DNA of 64,000 nt. Origin: Camelus dromedarius. Lineage: Eukaryota. The stretch's first letter is position 1, and each line of letters opens with the position of its first letter. A model generated the notes under the pieces. It was not told the DNA's origin. It was given only the letters and a program-made list of their open reading frames with translations, and ran no database searches. Shown here piece by piece: positions 23,046 through 35,530 of the stretch. The stretch spans positions 56,360,001 through 56,424,000 of the forward strand of contig NC_087437.1 in the NCBI RefSeq assembly GCF_036321535.1, read 5' to 3'. A program made the position numbers and the translations under genes.

Positions 23046-26000
23046 GCCCCATCTTTGTAGGCATTTAAGTAACGCGGTCTTGGGATGGCTGCGCGTAGCT
23101 GTACCCCTCTCCCAGCTCTTTAAAGGATTTACCCTGCTAGACCCGCGCCTTGGTTTCTCCAGAGTGCTGCTGTGAACGGTGAGGATAGAAGGGGGCAGTG
23201 TGTCCCAGCGTGCCCACTGGGTATCACGTCCATTCCGGCCTGGACCTGTGGCAGCCTGGGTACAGACTGCTTGCAGCTTCTCTCTCTCTTCCCCTGACCT
23301 GTTTTCTCAGAAAGATGCCCCGCCGAGGGTGTCCATCAGACTCTTGGTGGAGTCGCTGGAGAGGTGAGGGACGCGTGGGCGCCAGTCATCTCGTGCGGTA
23401 CAGTGATCTTTCTAGCCCCGGAGAAGCAATCCAGTCTATCTCCCACAGGTCTGCCAGCCCTGGCGGTCCTGTGGGAGACAGGATGCTTCTCATACAGGAC
23501 TGGGTGACCTCCCGCAGCCATAGCTCCTCTCGCTTCTAAGTCCTGGGAGAGAACAAGGAAGCTGAGTTAAAGAGAAAAATCACAAACATAAAAGCAAACT
23601 TCTGTCGTTTCCTTTAAGAGACAGTCCCCAGCCTTCCTTGCCTCCACCCCCTAGTTGTGAAATTGTGAAACTGGGCGCTGCTCCGCAGAGCTCAGGTTAG
23701 CTCCCGGCTGAGGAGGAGGATTTACCTGGCTTTGACTCCAGCTCTTCTGCACATTATCTATGTGAACTTGGGCAAGTTATCCAATTTTTCTGATACTCCG
23801 GTGTTTTTTTTTTTTTCTCCCCAGCAGTACAATGGAGATTCTAATGGTCACAAGTCCTTAAGGCACTTGGGAGGATGAAATGGGTAACAAATAACACGGT
23901 TAGCACATTGCCTGTTCTGACACATGGCCAGTTTGACACTGATGACAACAATTGTAAACATTACTACGCAGTAACCCTGGAGACAGTGGGTTCTTAGAAG
24001 GCTGGTTTTTCAGATAGAGTGACTTTTTTTTTTTTAATCTGAATGTTGTGGTGTTTCCTTCTTTGGAGTTTGCATAGCTCTTTTATAGTGTTTTCTGAAT
24101 GCCCTCTACATGTGACTTTGATCATAGATGCTTGACTTGGAATATAAAATGTTTCTCAGTGATGCTAGTCCCTGACAAGCCTCAGGAAGCCTCAGGTCTG
24201 TGAAACTTTGATCTGAGGCATCCTTTGTTGGCAAAAAGGGTCTTGAGTTTGATGAGCGGTAGGTAGTAAGGCAGGAGGAGAAGTTGGAAGTTCCATCTAT
24301 GTTGCAGAATGTTCGAAGCCTTTTATTCCTGCTGTCTCAGTTTAGACAAGCAGATTTATATTTTTCAGCTAGTATAGGAAAACAATAAGATCCCCATGTA
24401 TTTTTTTGGTTTATACAGTGATGCTGCTAAATTCAGTCCCTTCTGGATACAAACTTACCTTTTTTAAACATAAATATTCACATGTGGCCACACTAGTCTT
24501 CTTTTATTATTGGTATTATTGGTATTTTAAAATGCACTAGTGTCCCTTATATTCCTCCATCCAGCTGGTAACAATTGATTTTATTCTGATTGACTTCATA
24601 CAATTATTTATTATTATCTCCTGGCTATGCCATAAGTCCCTGAACTGAGCATCCAATATTTATAGTTAGCTGCCTGCTTCACAGTCCATCCCATATGCCT
24701 GTGATGCTGATGTATGCAGGACGGAGGTGTGATACATCTTGAGGAAAGGGAGGTGTTCGGTGGTACCCTCTTAGGTCCCTCCCGCACCAGGCATTTGCAG
24801 AGGATGGGATCATTTGCTTCCGTCAGCCTGTTCCATGTGCATGCATTGTGATGAGCTGGCCAGGATACATCTGAACACATGCCTGAGAGACTGTGGGGAA
24901 AAGGAAATTGTTCAAAATAAGGTCGGAACAAGGGAATGGGAAAATGAAAGCTAATTCCTTTTAGTTCTGGTTCTTTAAGGAAAGACTATTCAGTTATACC
25001 TTTCTTCCTTATTGAGATTATATATTACATATATAGAGAGAGAAAGAGTGAGAGAGAACTTTAAAATGTCCACAGTGTATTTAATACATATTATTTTCCT
25101 TGTTACCTGCAATAGCCTTGAAAGAAGGACATGGTGGGCATATTAATAGTGGAAGGATAATATAATGATATGATGAAGTATGGAAAAAAATTATTTTGTG
25201 GTCAAATTCAAATTCCAGCTCTGTTTCCTACATAGACGGGTAATAGTAAGCAATTTATTTCACCACTTAGAGTTTCCATTTGATCCAATTCTAAAGTGAA
25301 AAAGATACTTACCCTGAGGATTCATGTGAGGATTAAGTTAAGTGGAATAATGTAAAATGCATGTAGTGAGTAGGTTGATAGCTCTTCCTTAGCTAATCTC
25401 AGTTTATTGAGAAGAAAATTGAATGAGAGTCAGAGAAATGAGAGGGTGCCAAGGGTCACGTGGTTAGTAAGTTTCACCCTTGGGAATATGGTTCACACAT
25501 TTTGACTTCTAGTTAAGGGCTTTTCCCATCACACTCGGTCATCTCTCCAATGAGATCTTTAACAATGTACTTCAGTTGTTAGGCTGATTTTATCTGTTTG
25601 GTGATTGCAGGGTATCCTTTCTGTCCCAAAGAGGGTATTTCTTTGGTAGCAAACTATGCTCTGTAGAGTTCAGTGGGGCCAGCCCTCAGGGGAGGTAGTT
25701 TCAAAGCAGTGATCTCCCAGGGCAGCCTTCCCACTCTCCTGCATTTGAGGTAATGCACCTTCAATTCCTAGGAGGAGGCGTATGATGAAGACATAAAGTT
25801 CAGAATTATGTCATATTTTTCTTCCTGTTCTGAGTGGTTCCTTCCCTCTGCCATCCTCATGCTAATACTCAGGGTATTAAGATGATTGAGGAATAAATGT
25901 CATGAGTGACCACAGTATTTTTCTCTTCTTTTACCAATTCCGAGGGTAAAGGATGGAATATCGAGAGCAGTATGCAGATACAGCATTTGCAGAAAAGACC

Positions 26001-29000
26001 ACTGCTCACTGGCAAGGCTGACCACTGGTCTGGAGTTTCAGTCCTCTCTGTGGAAACCGGTGGCTGCAGGCTTATGAAGGAAAATGAACAGATCTGTTTC
26101 CAGCCCAGGCAATGGGGCCATTTATCTGTTGAGGCTCCCCACAAGCCATCAGATTTCTCTGCTTCGCAGCAAGCAGACAGGCTGGCAGATACAGTTTGGG
26201 GAGAAACATTTTGCTCCTTGCTTTTGGCACTTGAAAGCATATGTTTGCTTTTGCCAAAAAGTAGGCAGTCAGCATCACCTTACCTGGCGCAGTTAGAAAA
26301 GCAGAATGTAGCTGGAGAAAATCAGAGGGAGAGGTAGGAAAAAAAAAAGGTTACCTCCAACATACACACAGTTTCATTTGTTGCTCAACCTTGTCAGGCT
26401 TTTGCTGGTGACACAGATGTAGGATCTGGTGAGTCACTTGTGCCTTGCCCATGAAATATGAAAGAGAGCCACCTACCGTGATCTTCGCCCATTTTGGAAA
26501 TTGTTCTGTGGGAGAAATAAAAACCCCAAAGAACAGGAAGGCTACAGAACATTTGGTATCTGATATTTTGGGGGATTAAATCAGGTTAGCTACTCATTTC
26601 CTTTTTTTTTTCTCTCCTTCTTTGAAAGTGAGAAGGCATGGTTTACCCTGCCGGGGTTGGAGGAGACCTTGTGGCCTAACTGTGTTCCGACTAGCTCTCA
26701 CAGCTGTGACAGTGTGGAGTCTCAGCGTCTGGCGGTACCTGAGGCAAGGTGTCACCCTGACATGGGCCTCAGTCTCCTTGACTGGGGAACAGGAACACTG
26801 GCACCTACCTAGAAGCTCCTGTCTCCTTCTCAGCCCCTTACTCATAGGAGGCATTTCAGAAACAGGAATTCTTTCTTCTGCCATCAGTTCTTTCGATTTA
26901 TGAGTTTTGTTCAGTTGTAAAAATCAAAATTTAATAGTGACCCTTTTGCTGAACTCCATTGTGGCTCCTACTGAGTGCCTAGAGCATCTCGTTCAGTCCT
27001 TGCAGTCATCCTGGTTTGTTTTTTTTTGAGGCAACTGAGTCTCAGCGAGGTTGAATAGCAGGACCTTGTCACGTAGCACAAAGCAAGTACTGATGCTGGG
27101 ATGCCTTTCTGCCTGTCATTTCAGAGCTAGGAGGGACCTGACCTTGTGCAGGTCCTGCCGATCTGATTCTGGCATCACCCTGCCTTGTCAGTGGAGAGTC
27201 TCTCTGCTTTGGGGCCTGAATGTGAAGGGGCTTCTCTAGTTGATCTCGAAGCTTCCTCCACTACAATACATTGTTATTTTTGTTTAAGATTCCTTTCAAC
27301 TCTGAAATCCCATCACCACATCTCTTTGTAAAAGTCAAGGCTAAAAAGGGAAAGGAGAATAAAAAGAAAATACCCTGATTGTTTCATGCCAAGAAATCTA
27401 TTTTCTGGTCAAACAGAGGAGGACGAGGGAAATCAGCATTCACTGGTGCATGTACTTCTGTCATTTCATTTAAGCATAAAAATAACTCTCAGATACATAT
27501 TATTGCCTGCCTTTTACAGATGAAAGAACTGAGGCTCCAAGAGACTTAGAGAATTGCCCACAGTTATCCAATTAGTGAGAATTAGAATGAGTGTGTTCCT
27601 GAGCACAAAGTTGTTTGGTCTACTGGACCACGTTTAACTAGACACCACACTGTCAGACCTGAGGACGAGAATAACTAGATTCATGACTGTCCCCTCCCTG
27701 TATCCTCACACCACACCACCTCAGCTGCTTCTCCTTTCCCCCCTCTTACCCTCCCAAACCTGCTACTCAAATCCTTTCTTGATTCTTCCCAATCTTTGGG
27801 ATCCCTTTAAATGCTTATAACATCTTTCTATCTCTATTGTGATTTTTAAATATATACATGTATGTATATCTTTTAAACTGTGGACCAATAATTTGCCCCT
27901 TTGTGTTCTTGTCCAAGTCCCTAATTAGCGCCTAAACACCTGAGGGCACGGTGCCCTATACATAAGAGATGCAGACTCAAACAGATGAGGGATTCATGCT
28001 GTGCCAGGGACACCCAGCACTGGCTTTCCAGTTTTCTCATACTTTATCATATCATGAATTATCTCAGAGGCCATCACTACAGAATAATAAGGTAACTTGA
28101 TAATTTTTTTTTTAACTTTGTAGTCACAAAATCAGACAAATGATAAGGAGTCACAGACTCTACGGAGGTTAGACATCACTGGCTCAATGATGGAAAAAGA
28201 CAGTTTTATCCTAATAATACAGGGCAGTTTGCAGCAAACACAGTGAAGGACGACACTGAAGTTCATGCTTACATATATTGACAGTACAGTTAATGTCAAG
28301 TGTCATAAATAAATTACCTGAAAGAAAATAGGAAGTTGCCAGGGAAGTGGGCAGCTGCTATGAGCTTCGATCTCAACTTCTAAAGGCGGTGAAGAATTCA
28401 TACCAGGCTAGCTATTATTTAACATAATTGGACATAAGGACAGGTGACCTTTTATGTCTAGTTTATATCTAGGAGATGCCTGTGGTTTCTTCCTGTCTGG
28501 CACATAAGTTCATATGATTACACTATCTGCTTCTTTTCCCAATCAATGCTAAAGAAAGACAACAAAAAAGAGAGCCAGTCAGTTCTCTGATATCTGGAAA
28601 TGTTCCTTTCATAGATAACATGGCTCCTTAAGCCAGTTGTGGTTAGATGCCATGGTGACCTGAAGCTGTGGCTGTGTGACATCGTGGGCTTTAGCATCAG
28701 ACCAACATCCCTGGGTTTGACATTGGACAAGTTACTTGGTCTATCTCTACTTTATTCCCATCATCTGTAAAAAGAGTATAATAAAACCCATGTCATCCGG
28801 CATTTGGTAGGTATCAGATGCCCATACATTTGTCACGAGTCTGGCACGTGGGGATTTTAACTTTCATTGTGAATAACAACTGCAGTGATATTCAACTGCA
28901 TGCCCAAATCAATAGTGGATTAGAAAGCGGAAGACCTAGGTTCAAGGTAACAGTTTTTGTTTATGCAGAACTTGAAGCCCTCAAAAGGCTCGTTATAGTC

Positions 29001-30360
29001 TATATACACATGCACACAAGCATTTTTTCTTTCTTACAATAATCTGAAGTAATCACGGCAAATATTGTCAACAACATTTTACATCCTGAGTCTAAAAGGT
29101 GAGATATTTGCTAAGGTCACACAGCCAGCAAATAACGGAGCTGGGACTTGGAGCCTAGCTTTCTAACTCTAAGGTTATGCTTTTTTCCTTCAGTCATTCA
29201 GCCCAACAGCCCTGGTACTGGTTAGTGTCTTTTTTTCCTTCTCTAAAAGTCCTTTTTCTCACCTCTAGGAGGAGGAATTTGAACAAGGTACTCTCTAAGG
29301 CACAGTGTTCTATGAATCTGTGCCTGTCCAGATGCCACATAAAACCAAGTAGATCTGGATTCTTCCTTCCACAGAGTCATCCACATGTCCTGGCACGTGG
29401 AGCATCATAAAACCCGGGTATCACGTAGCCTCCTGGCCTCAATGAGAATCACAAGTGAGCACTGCACTAGGAGTCAGATCTGTCAAGACACCTTCTGTGT
29501 CCTTAAGGATGTGGTTCGGACACATTCCCGCAACCTACACACTGTTCTCTCCCTTAGGATTCAGGTTTGGGGGTGGGAGGAGTTAACAGGCAGCTGAGTT
29601 AGGCACACTGACACTTATTGTTTGGGCAATGAAAAGAGAGCTTTTTTTTTTTTTTCTATAAAGCAAGCTCTGTATCCTCATTAATCACCATAATCTTCTA
29701 CAGAGAAATAAAGGGATACAATATTTGGCTTTAATTTGGATTTGAGCATTATGAGTGCATATTTTCTACTTTCTTCTTTTGAGCTAATTTAGTGCCCGTG
29801 GAAGAAGCTTAGCTCTCACTGAAATAGGAGTTCTTTCAACCTAGAGAAACGATGGACACGAGAGTGGTAATACACACTAAATAGCACTTTTCTGGAAAAT
29901 TAAACTTCAGTTTTCCAATTACAGTGTGAAACAATGGCAGGGGCTGGGGGCTGAATGGATAAAGTGGGTATGAAGTGAAAAGTGGGTTGGCTTTGGAGTC
30001 AGAGTTGGGTTTGAACCTTAAATGCGGCCTGCTTAGCCTGCCCAGACTTAGTTTCCTCATCTGTGAAATGGTCAGATGCACGCTCTGGCTGTCTCGTAGT
30101 TAGACGGATATGTACATCTTTATCTATGCCTATAGCGGTACATTTACTTATATTAGAGAGGTTAAAGTGAGGTTAAGTATAGTAAGTCCCTACACGTAAG
30201 GGCCCACCAGAAAGGCCCTAAATAAATATTCAGTCCTCCCTCTTCATTCAGCGCTGCTGTTTACTCCATAACCTTGCCCCTTTGTTGAGACTCAGATAAA
30301 ACTCAGATGGAGAGAGGGGGTACGTCAAATAGATGCTTTACCTGGTCTGAGAAAATCTTA

Positions 30361-30550
30361 TTCTTATTTTTTATTGAAGTGTAGTCAATTGACAATGTTA
30401 GTTTCTGGTGTACAGCAAAGCAATTCAGTTCTGCACGTACATATGTATTTTTTTCAGTTTCTTTTCCATTATGGCCCATTACGAGAAGTTGAATAGAGTT
30501 CCCTGTGCTGTACAGTAAGTCCTTGCTGCTTATCCACTTCACATATAGTG
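30361..30550 (-). mobile_element. Cetartiodactyl-type L1 3' end fragment
   Basis: tttattgaagtgtagtcaattgacaatgttagtttctggtgtacagcaaag..., same family as 14034-14256; ORF 30303..30542 includes the typical KDLLYSTGN reading. Confidence 0.85.
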
Positions 30551-31037
30551 AAGTGTTTCCCCTTAGCAGTTGTCACCTTGTTAGCTTCCACAGACTATTT
30601 AATTAATAAGTTTAGCCTGTCTATTGTTTACTGTTTAGTTTGCCCCCACAAGAGTGTAAAATCCACAAGGGAAGGGACCTTGGTTTGGCTGACCGCTGCA
30701 TTCCAGGTGCCTAAAATAATGTCCAGCAAATAACATCTGCCTGATTCTGAGTAAATGTTGAATAAATAAATGTATAGATGTTAGTATTATTTGTCCCCAA
30801 GGAGTAGAAAGAAATAGATGGAAATGAACAAAGAAATGAAGTCTATGTATATAACGTTGGAATACAAAATTGGTTTTATATATATGCACACACACACACA
30901 TATATACACGTATACACATACATTTTTAGAATATTGAAATACAAATTTATATGTAGGTATACGTGTGTGTGTATATACATATATTTAGAAGTTGTCCAAA
31001 ATTGCCTTGGAAAGCAGAGGTGTTGAGGTTACTCATT

Positions 31038-31038
<1 letters not shown>

Positions 31039-31088
<50 letters not shown>

Positions 31089-31270
31089 TGAAGTACCGTC
31101 AATTACGATGTGTCAGTTTCTGGTGCACAGCACAATGTCCCAGGCATGCATAGACATACATATATTTGTTTTCACATTTTTTTCATTAAAAGTTATTACA
31201 AGACATTGAACATAGTTCCCTGTGCTCTACAGCAGAAACTTTTTCTTAAATCTGTTTTTATATTTCTACA
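31039..31270 (-). mobile_element. Young L1 3' end insertion with (TTTA)n tail
   Basis: (TTTA)n at ~31036-31088 then L1 3' UTR; exact 15-bp TSD tgaggttactcattt at 31024-31038 and 31271-31285. Confidence 0.9.
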
Positions 31271-33789
31271 TGAGGTTACTCATTTACATATGAGTAAACA
31301 GACGACAGACAAGTAAACAGAAGAAATACAAGTGACTTCAGGATAAGATGTAAGGGGCTGAGATGAAAACAATGACAACCACAGTGATGCTGGAGGGAAG
31401 TGGAGGAGGAGCAGTTTTAAATAGGGGGTTCGGGGTGGCGCCTCTGAGAAGGTGATGTCTGAGCTAAGAAAAAAGCCTGAGAAGGAGCCAGGATCGATCT
31501 GCTCCTGGTTGAGGTGACAGGGGCCATGTCAGGGGGAGAGAAGGTCTGGAAATAAGGTGCTGAGATAAGCAGGGGCTAGATCAGACTGGCCTTACAAGCC
31601 AAGGTAAGGAGCTGGGACTTTATACAAAATGCAGCAGGAAGTCACTGAAAGGACTGACGTAGGATGGTGACCAGGTCTGACATATTTGGAACCTTGAACA
31701 GACAGTGAAGGAAATGGAGGAATTTATTTATAAGATGAAGGGGTAAACTGTTCTGACCTCATGTAGGCACCTGAGAGCAGATGAGGAGACAGTTTGGCTT
31801 CACTGATGCGCCACTCGTAGCCTTCCTTTCCCATTAGCTTATCCTACAAAACAAAACAAAACAGGTTGAACAGGCAAACCCAGATTCCTTTTCTTTTTCT
31901 CCAACAATATCATTCTTTTTTCCAGATGCACTAAGTAACGGATGGAAATGTATGCACTGTTGTTCAGTTCAATTCAGCTGGAAAATTTACAGTTGTTGTG
32001 TAGGTGTTTTATGTAATCTGCCCCCCAAAACGTTGGATCTAGAGCTATTTCCTTACAAGATTTTAGGTACTAGTTTCTGAAATATGCTGTCCTGAAGAGT
32101 GAGCATGTGAAAGGCAAATTTAATTCCAGATAAGATCAGTTTCTTCTTTTTGGCTCTACAAGTCTAAAGGGTCCCTAACTCTTCTCTCAAGGAGTAGAAC
32201 TCCTCCCTGAAATCTCTACCAACACATGCAACGTGCAGTCTCATACGTGATCGAAATAATAGAAGCCTTACAAACAGTAGCTTCCTCCGAAGCTTTATAA
32301 TCACCATGTTACAGAGGAGAAAACCAAGACCAAGGTCGCAGAGTTAGTCAGCAGTAGAGTTACCGTTTGCGCTTGGGCGAGCTTCACCGCTATACCATTC
32401 TGCCCTTTGATTGTAAGAAGTGGCCCTGAATATTTTATGTGTCTCTCCTTGTCTGGCTTCATGGCGCCTCCTATGAAGGAATAGTTCAATAAGGGTACTG
32501 AATCAGTGAATGAATGGGTGACCTATTCTTTCAAATTGTAATAGTTCATAAGTAGATAGTGGTAACAATGTGGGTTTTAGGCTGAAACAACTTGGACAGG
32601 GTAATACTACTTAATACCTCTGGGATACGGTAAACTTACTTCACGTCTGTAAACCTGATCCTCCTTCGTGTTGTTGGCATAAGGGTATAGAATTGTTTTA
32701 GGATAAAATATGTAGGCACGGTGCCTACAACGTAATTAGTGCTCAGTCCATTTAAGCTGTTTTTATTATTTTTTGAACTAAAATAATCTCTCCGAACATG
32801 CTTCCACTTACACGTGCCCCAGTTTTTCAGTTGTGCGAATTTTATTGACATCCTTTAAAAAATCAAAGCCAAAGATCCAATCATGTAATCAGCGATGTTA
32901 ATTTTGCTCCAGGACCCATTCTGCTACCTTGCCCTCAGCAGACACTCCTGTAAGTAGAAGGGCCAGTCCTGGGGAAGGACATGGGGGCAAAGGTGCCGTA
33001 GGACTGCCCTGCTTCTCTCCTCCAAACGTCTGACATACCTGCAGGCAGCACTTCTGACCCTGTCCATCATTCTCCCCAGCCAGGCCTGGCTTGCTGAAAA
33101 AATTCTTTTGTATTCCAATGATGGCCCCAGAGCATTCTGGGTGACAAAGGAAAAATAGCAGAAGACTTAAATTTTGCCCCCCCCCATAACACTTAATGAG
33201 GCTAATTCGCAGAGCTTGCCGGAAGTTTAGGACCTCTTGCTAATCATAATCGCTAATATTGATTCAGTGCTCCTTGTGTGCCAGGATCTGTGCTGAGCGC
33301 TTTATTTTCATTATCTCATTTAACCCTATTTCAAAACTATGTGAATTTTAAATTTTAGTTGTAAACCAGGGGGGAAAAATTAAAAAAAAAAAAACCTGCC
33401 ACAGTTGCCTCCCTATGTGTGTTGGGGACTGTGATGATAGAAACAAATATTTCTTATGTGTGTTTTGTCACATTTTTCTTCCCAAGCAAATTGTGCATAG
33501 TTGTAACACCTTTAAGCGTCTCCAGGGACCTTCCCTGCTGTGAAGAGATGTTTGGCAGAGAAATCAGGCAAAGGTTGTGTGGGGAAGGCAAGTAGCTTCA
33601 TTCTAGTTGACAGTTTATTTTACCCTGGAAGACTCTAGTAACAATGAACTCAGTCTTATTTTGTTGGTTGCATTTACTTGTTTCTTTGTGAGAAACCAAT
33701 ATTTAAAAGGTGTAATTTTTAATTTTTATTGTCCCACATCTCCCAAGTTTGATGATTTCCTTTGAGAAAAGTTACATACACATGTACAA

Positions 33790-33810
33790 ACACACACACA
33801 CACACACACA
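33790..33810. repeat. (CA)n microsatellite
   Basis: Directly visible. Confidence 0.9.
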
Positions 33811-34864
33811 TGCACACGCCCAACTACAGTGCCTGAGTCATAGCTGACACTCACTACATATTTGTTGAATAAATGTATGATAAAAAAAATTCTCTTTTTC
33901 TTTTTAAGAATGGGTGCCCCTTGGATTTTTTTGAATGGTGAAATTTCAATATGTAACTTTTTTTTTTAATATGTAACTTTCTTTAAGACTTTTGTTTTAA
34001 AATAATTTCAGGAGATTATTCTAAATTAGGTAGCATTACTTAAACTTGGTGATTCAGGACAGTTCATTAGAATGAACTGTAACTCCTTTAGAATTTATTA
34101 AGGTGAAATCATTTACCCATATACTCAGTGGCTCAGACTGGTATTTTAAATTTGTGTAATCTGATTTTCATAAATTTTTTGTCTTCTTTCTCTTTTCGTT
34201 GTTTGCTATTACTTCTAGCTTTCAGCGTGTCTTGTTCGAGCAGTTTTTCTCTCTTGTCCCCTTGTAATTAGCTGTTTCTGCTTTATTATAGACCAGAGAG
34301 CCAGCTAACGGGTTTTATTAGAACCAGATATATGGTAAGAATAAACAGCATTGGATTCAGACTGGAGAGGCTCTTTTCTAAGGGAAGAGAATGGAAGGGT
34401 AAAGTAACGATAGAAATAGTTTCCACGTAAGTGAGGCTACGCCACACACAGTCGCATTGGGTTTCCTTTACCTGTGTTATGAAAAACGGAGTGGTGGCGT
34501 GGCTAAGTCATTTACTCTTTTGGACACTAACCATTTTCAGAGAATCTTCTGTAGGCAAGACACTGGTGAGACTGGGAAATTAAAATGCAGTCGCACAAAC
34601 CCAGCCCCTGAAGAATAAAAATGTCTAGATCGTTATGAAAGATGAGATGCACAGGGGTTTGTAAGACAACTTGTATGATATTCAGATTAGTCTAAGAGCA
34701 TGTAACATAACTTTCAGATACGTGGTAAAATATTTTGGTGTTTCAAGGGAAGAGGCAACTGTGTCACTCCGGAAGGGGTTTTTGAGGAAGTGGTGTTTGA
34801 AGTGAATCTTGAAGTGATGGACAGACAGATTTTGGACACAGAGAAATTGGTGGAGAGGAGAGGC

Positions 34865-35530
34865 GTATGAGTTAGGGTCCAACCAGGAGAACAGAAATGA
34901 TATGGATGAATGATATAGAATATGGAATTTATCGTAGGCATTAGTCTTACAATTGTGGGTGAAGCTGGTCAGTTAAAGCCTCATAAGGGGACAGTTGGGA
35001 GATCAACAAAAAAAGTCACTGAGGACCCTGAGAAGGAACTGGTGAAGAAGTCTGTTACCTCTGCTCGTGGTGGGCAGGCAGGCAGGAAGATAAGCTGATT
35101 GTGAAGTGGAAGAGAACAATTTGCAACCCATGGGGACAAACTGCCACCCTTAACTAACTCTCACTGCATCTGACCCTGACCATGTGGGTGGGCTGCAGAA
35201 GGAGCTGGTGCTCTTAGCCACGGAGCTTCATGCCTGCCTGGCCTCGGACATGGAGAAGTTGAAGGAGAAGATCTGGCAGGAGCTGAAGGAGCAGAAGGCC
35301 TGGCTGCTGCCCCCACCTCAGAGGTGAGCCAGCAGATCAGCGTGCATGAGATGCAGTGGTACCCAGGTGCCTAGACAGACCCTCCCAAAGCGATCGCTAC
35401 TGCTTCACTTCTCCCACCCAGACCTCATGCAGATTTCCCTGGGACCAACCCTAACTCGGAACCATTTGGAGAAGGGGATTCTGGAAACCATCATTCCAGT
35501 TGAACTAAGACAATACAGTTAAAAACCACA
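34865..35530 (-). mobile_element. Ancient ERVL-class solo LTR (MLT2/LTR79-like) inserted into an L2 remnant
   Basis: gagttagggtccaaccaggagaacagaa start and ccaaccctaactcggaaccat...ggattctggaaac...aaccaca end resemble ERVL LTRs in reverse; L2-like sequence on both flanks. Confidence 0.55.

Larger units (their letters stand above)
22060..23120 (+). promoter_or_regulatory. IL1RAP: CpG-island, TATA-less promoter of IL1RAP
   Basis: Only strongly GC/CpG-rich block in the window (core ~22360-22880); GC boxes (e.g. gggcgggg ~22543); CCAAT box at 22654-22658 just upstream of exon 1. Confidence 0.9.
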
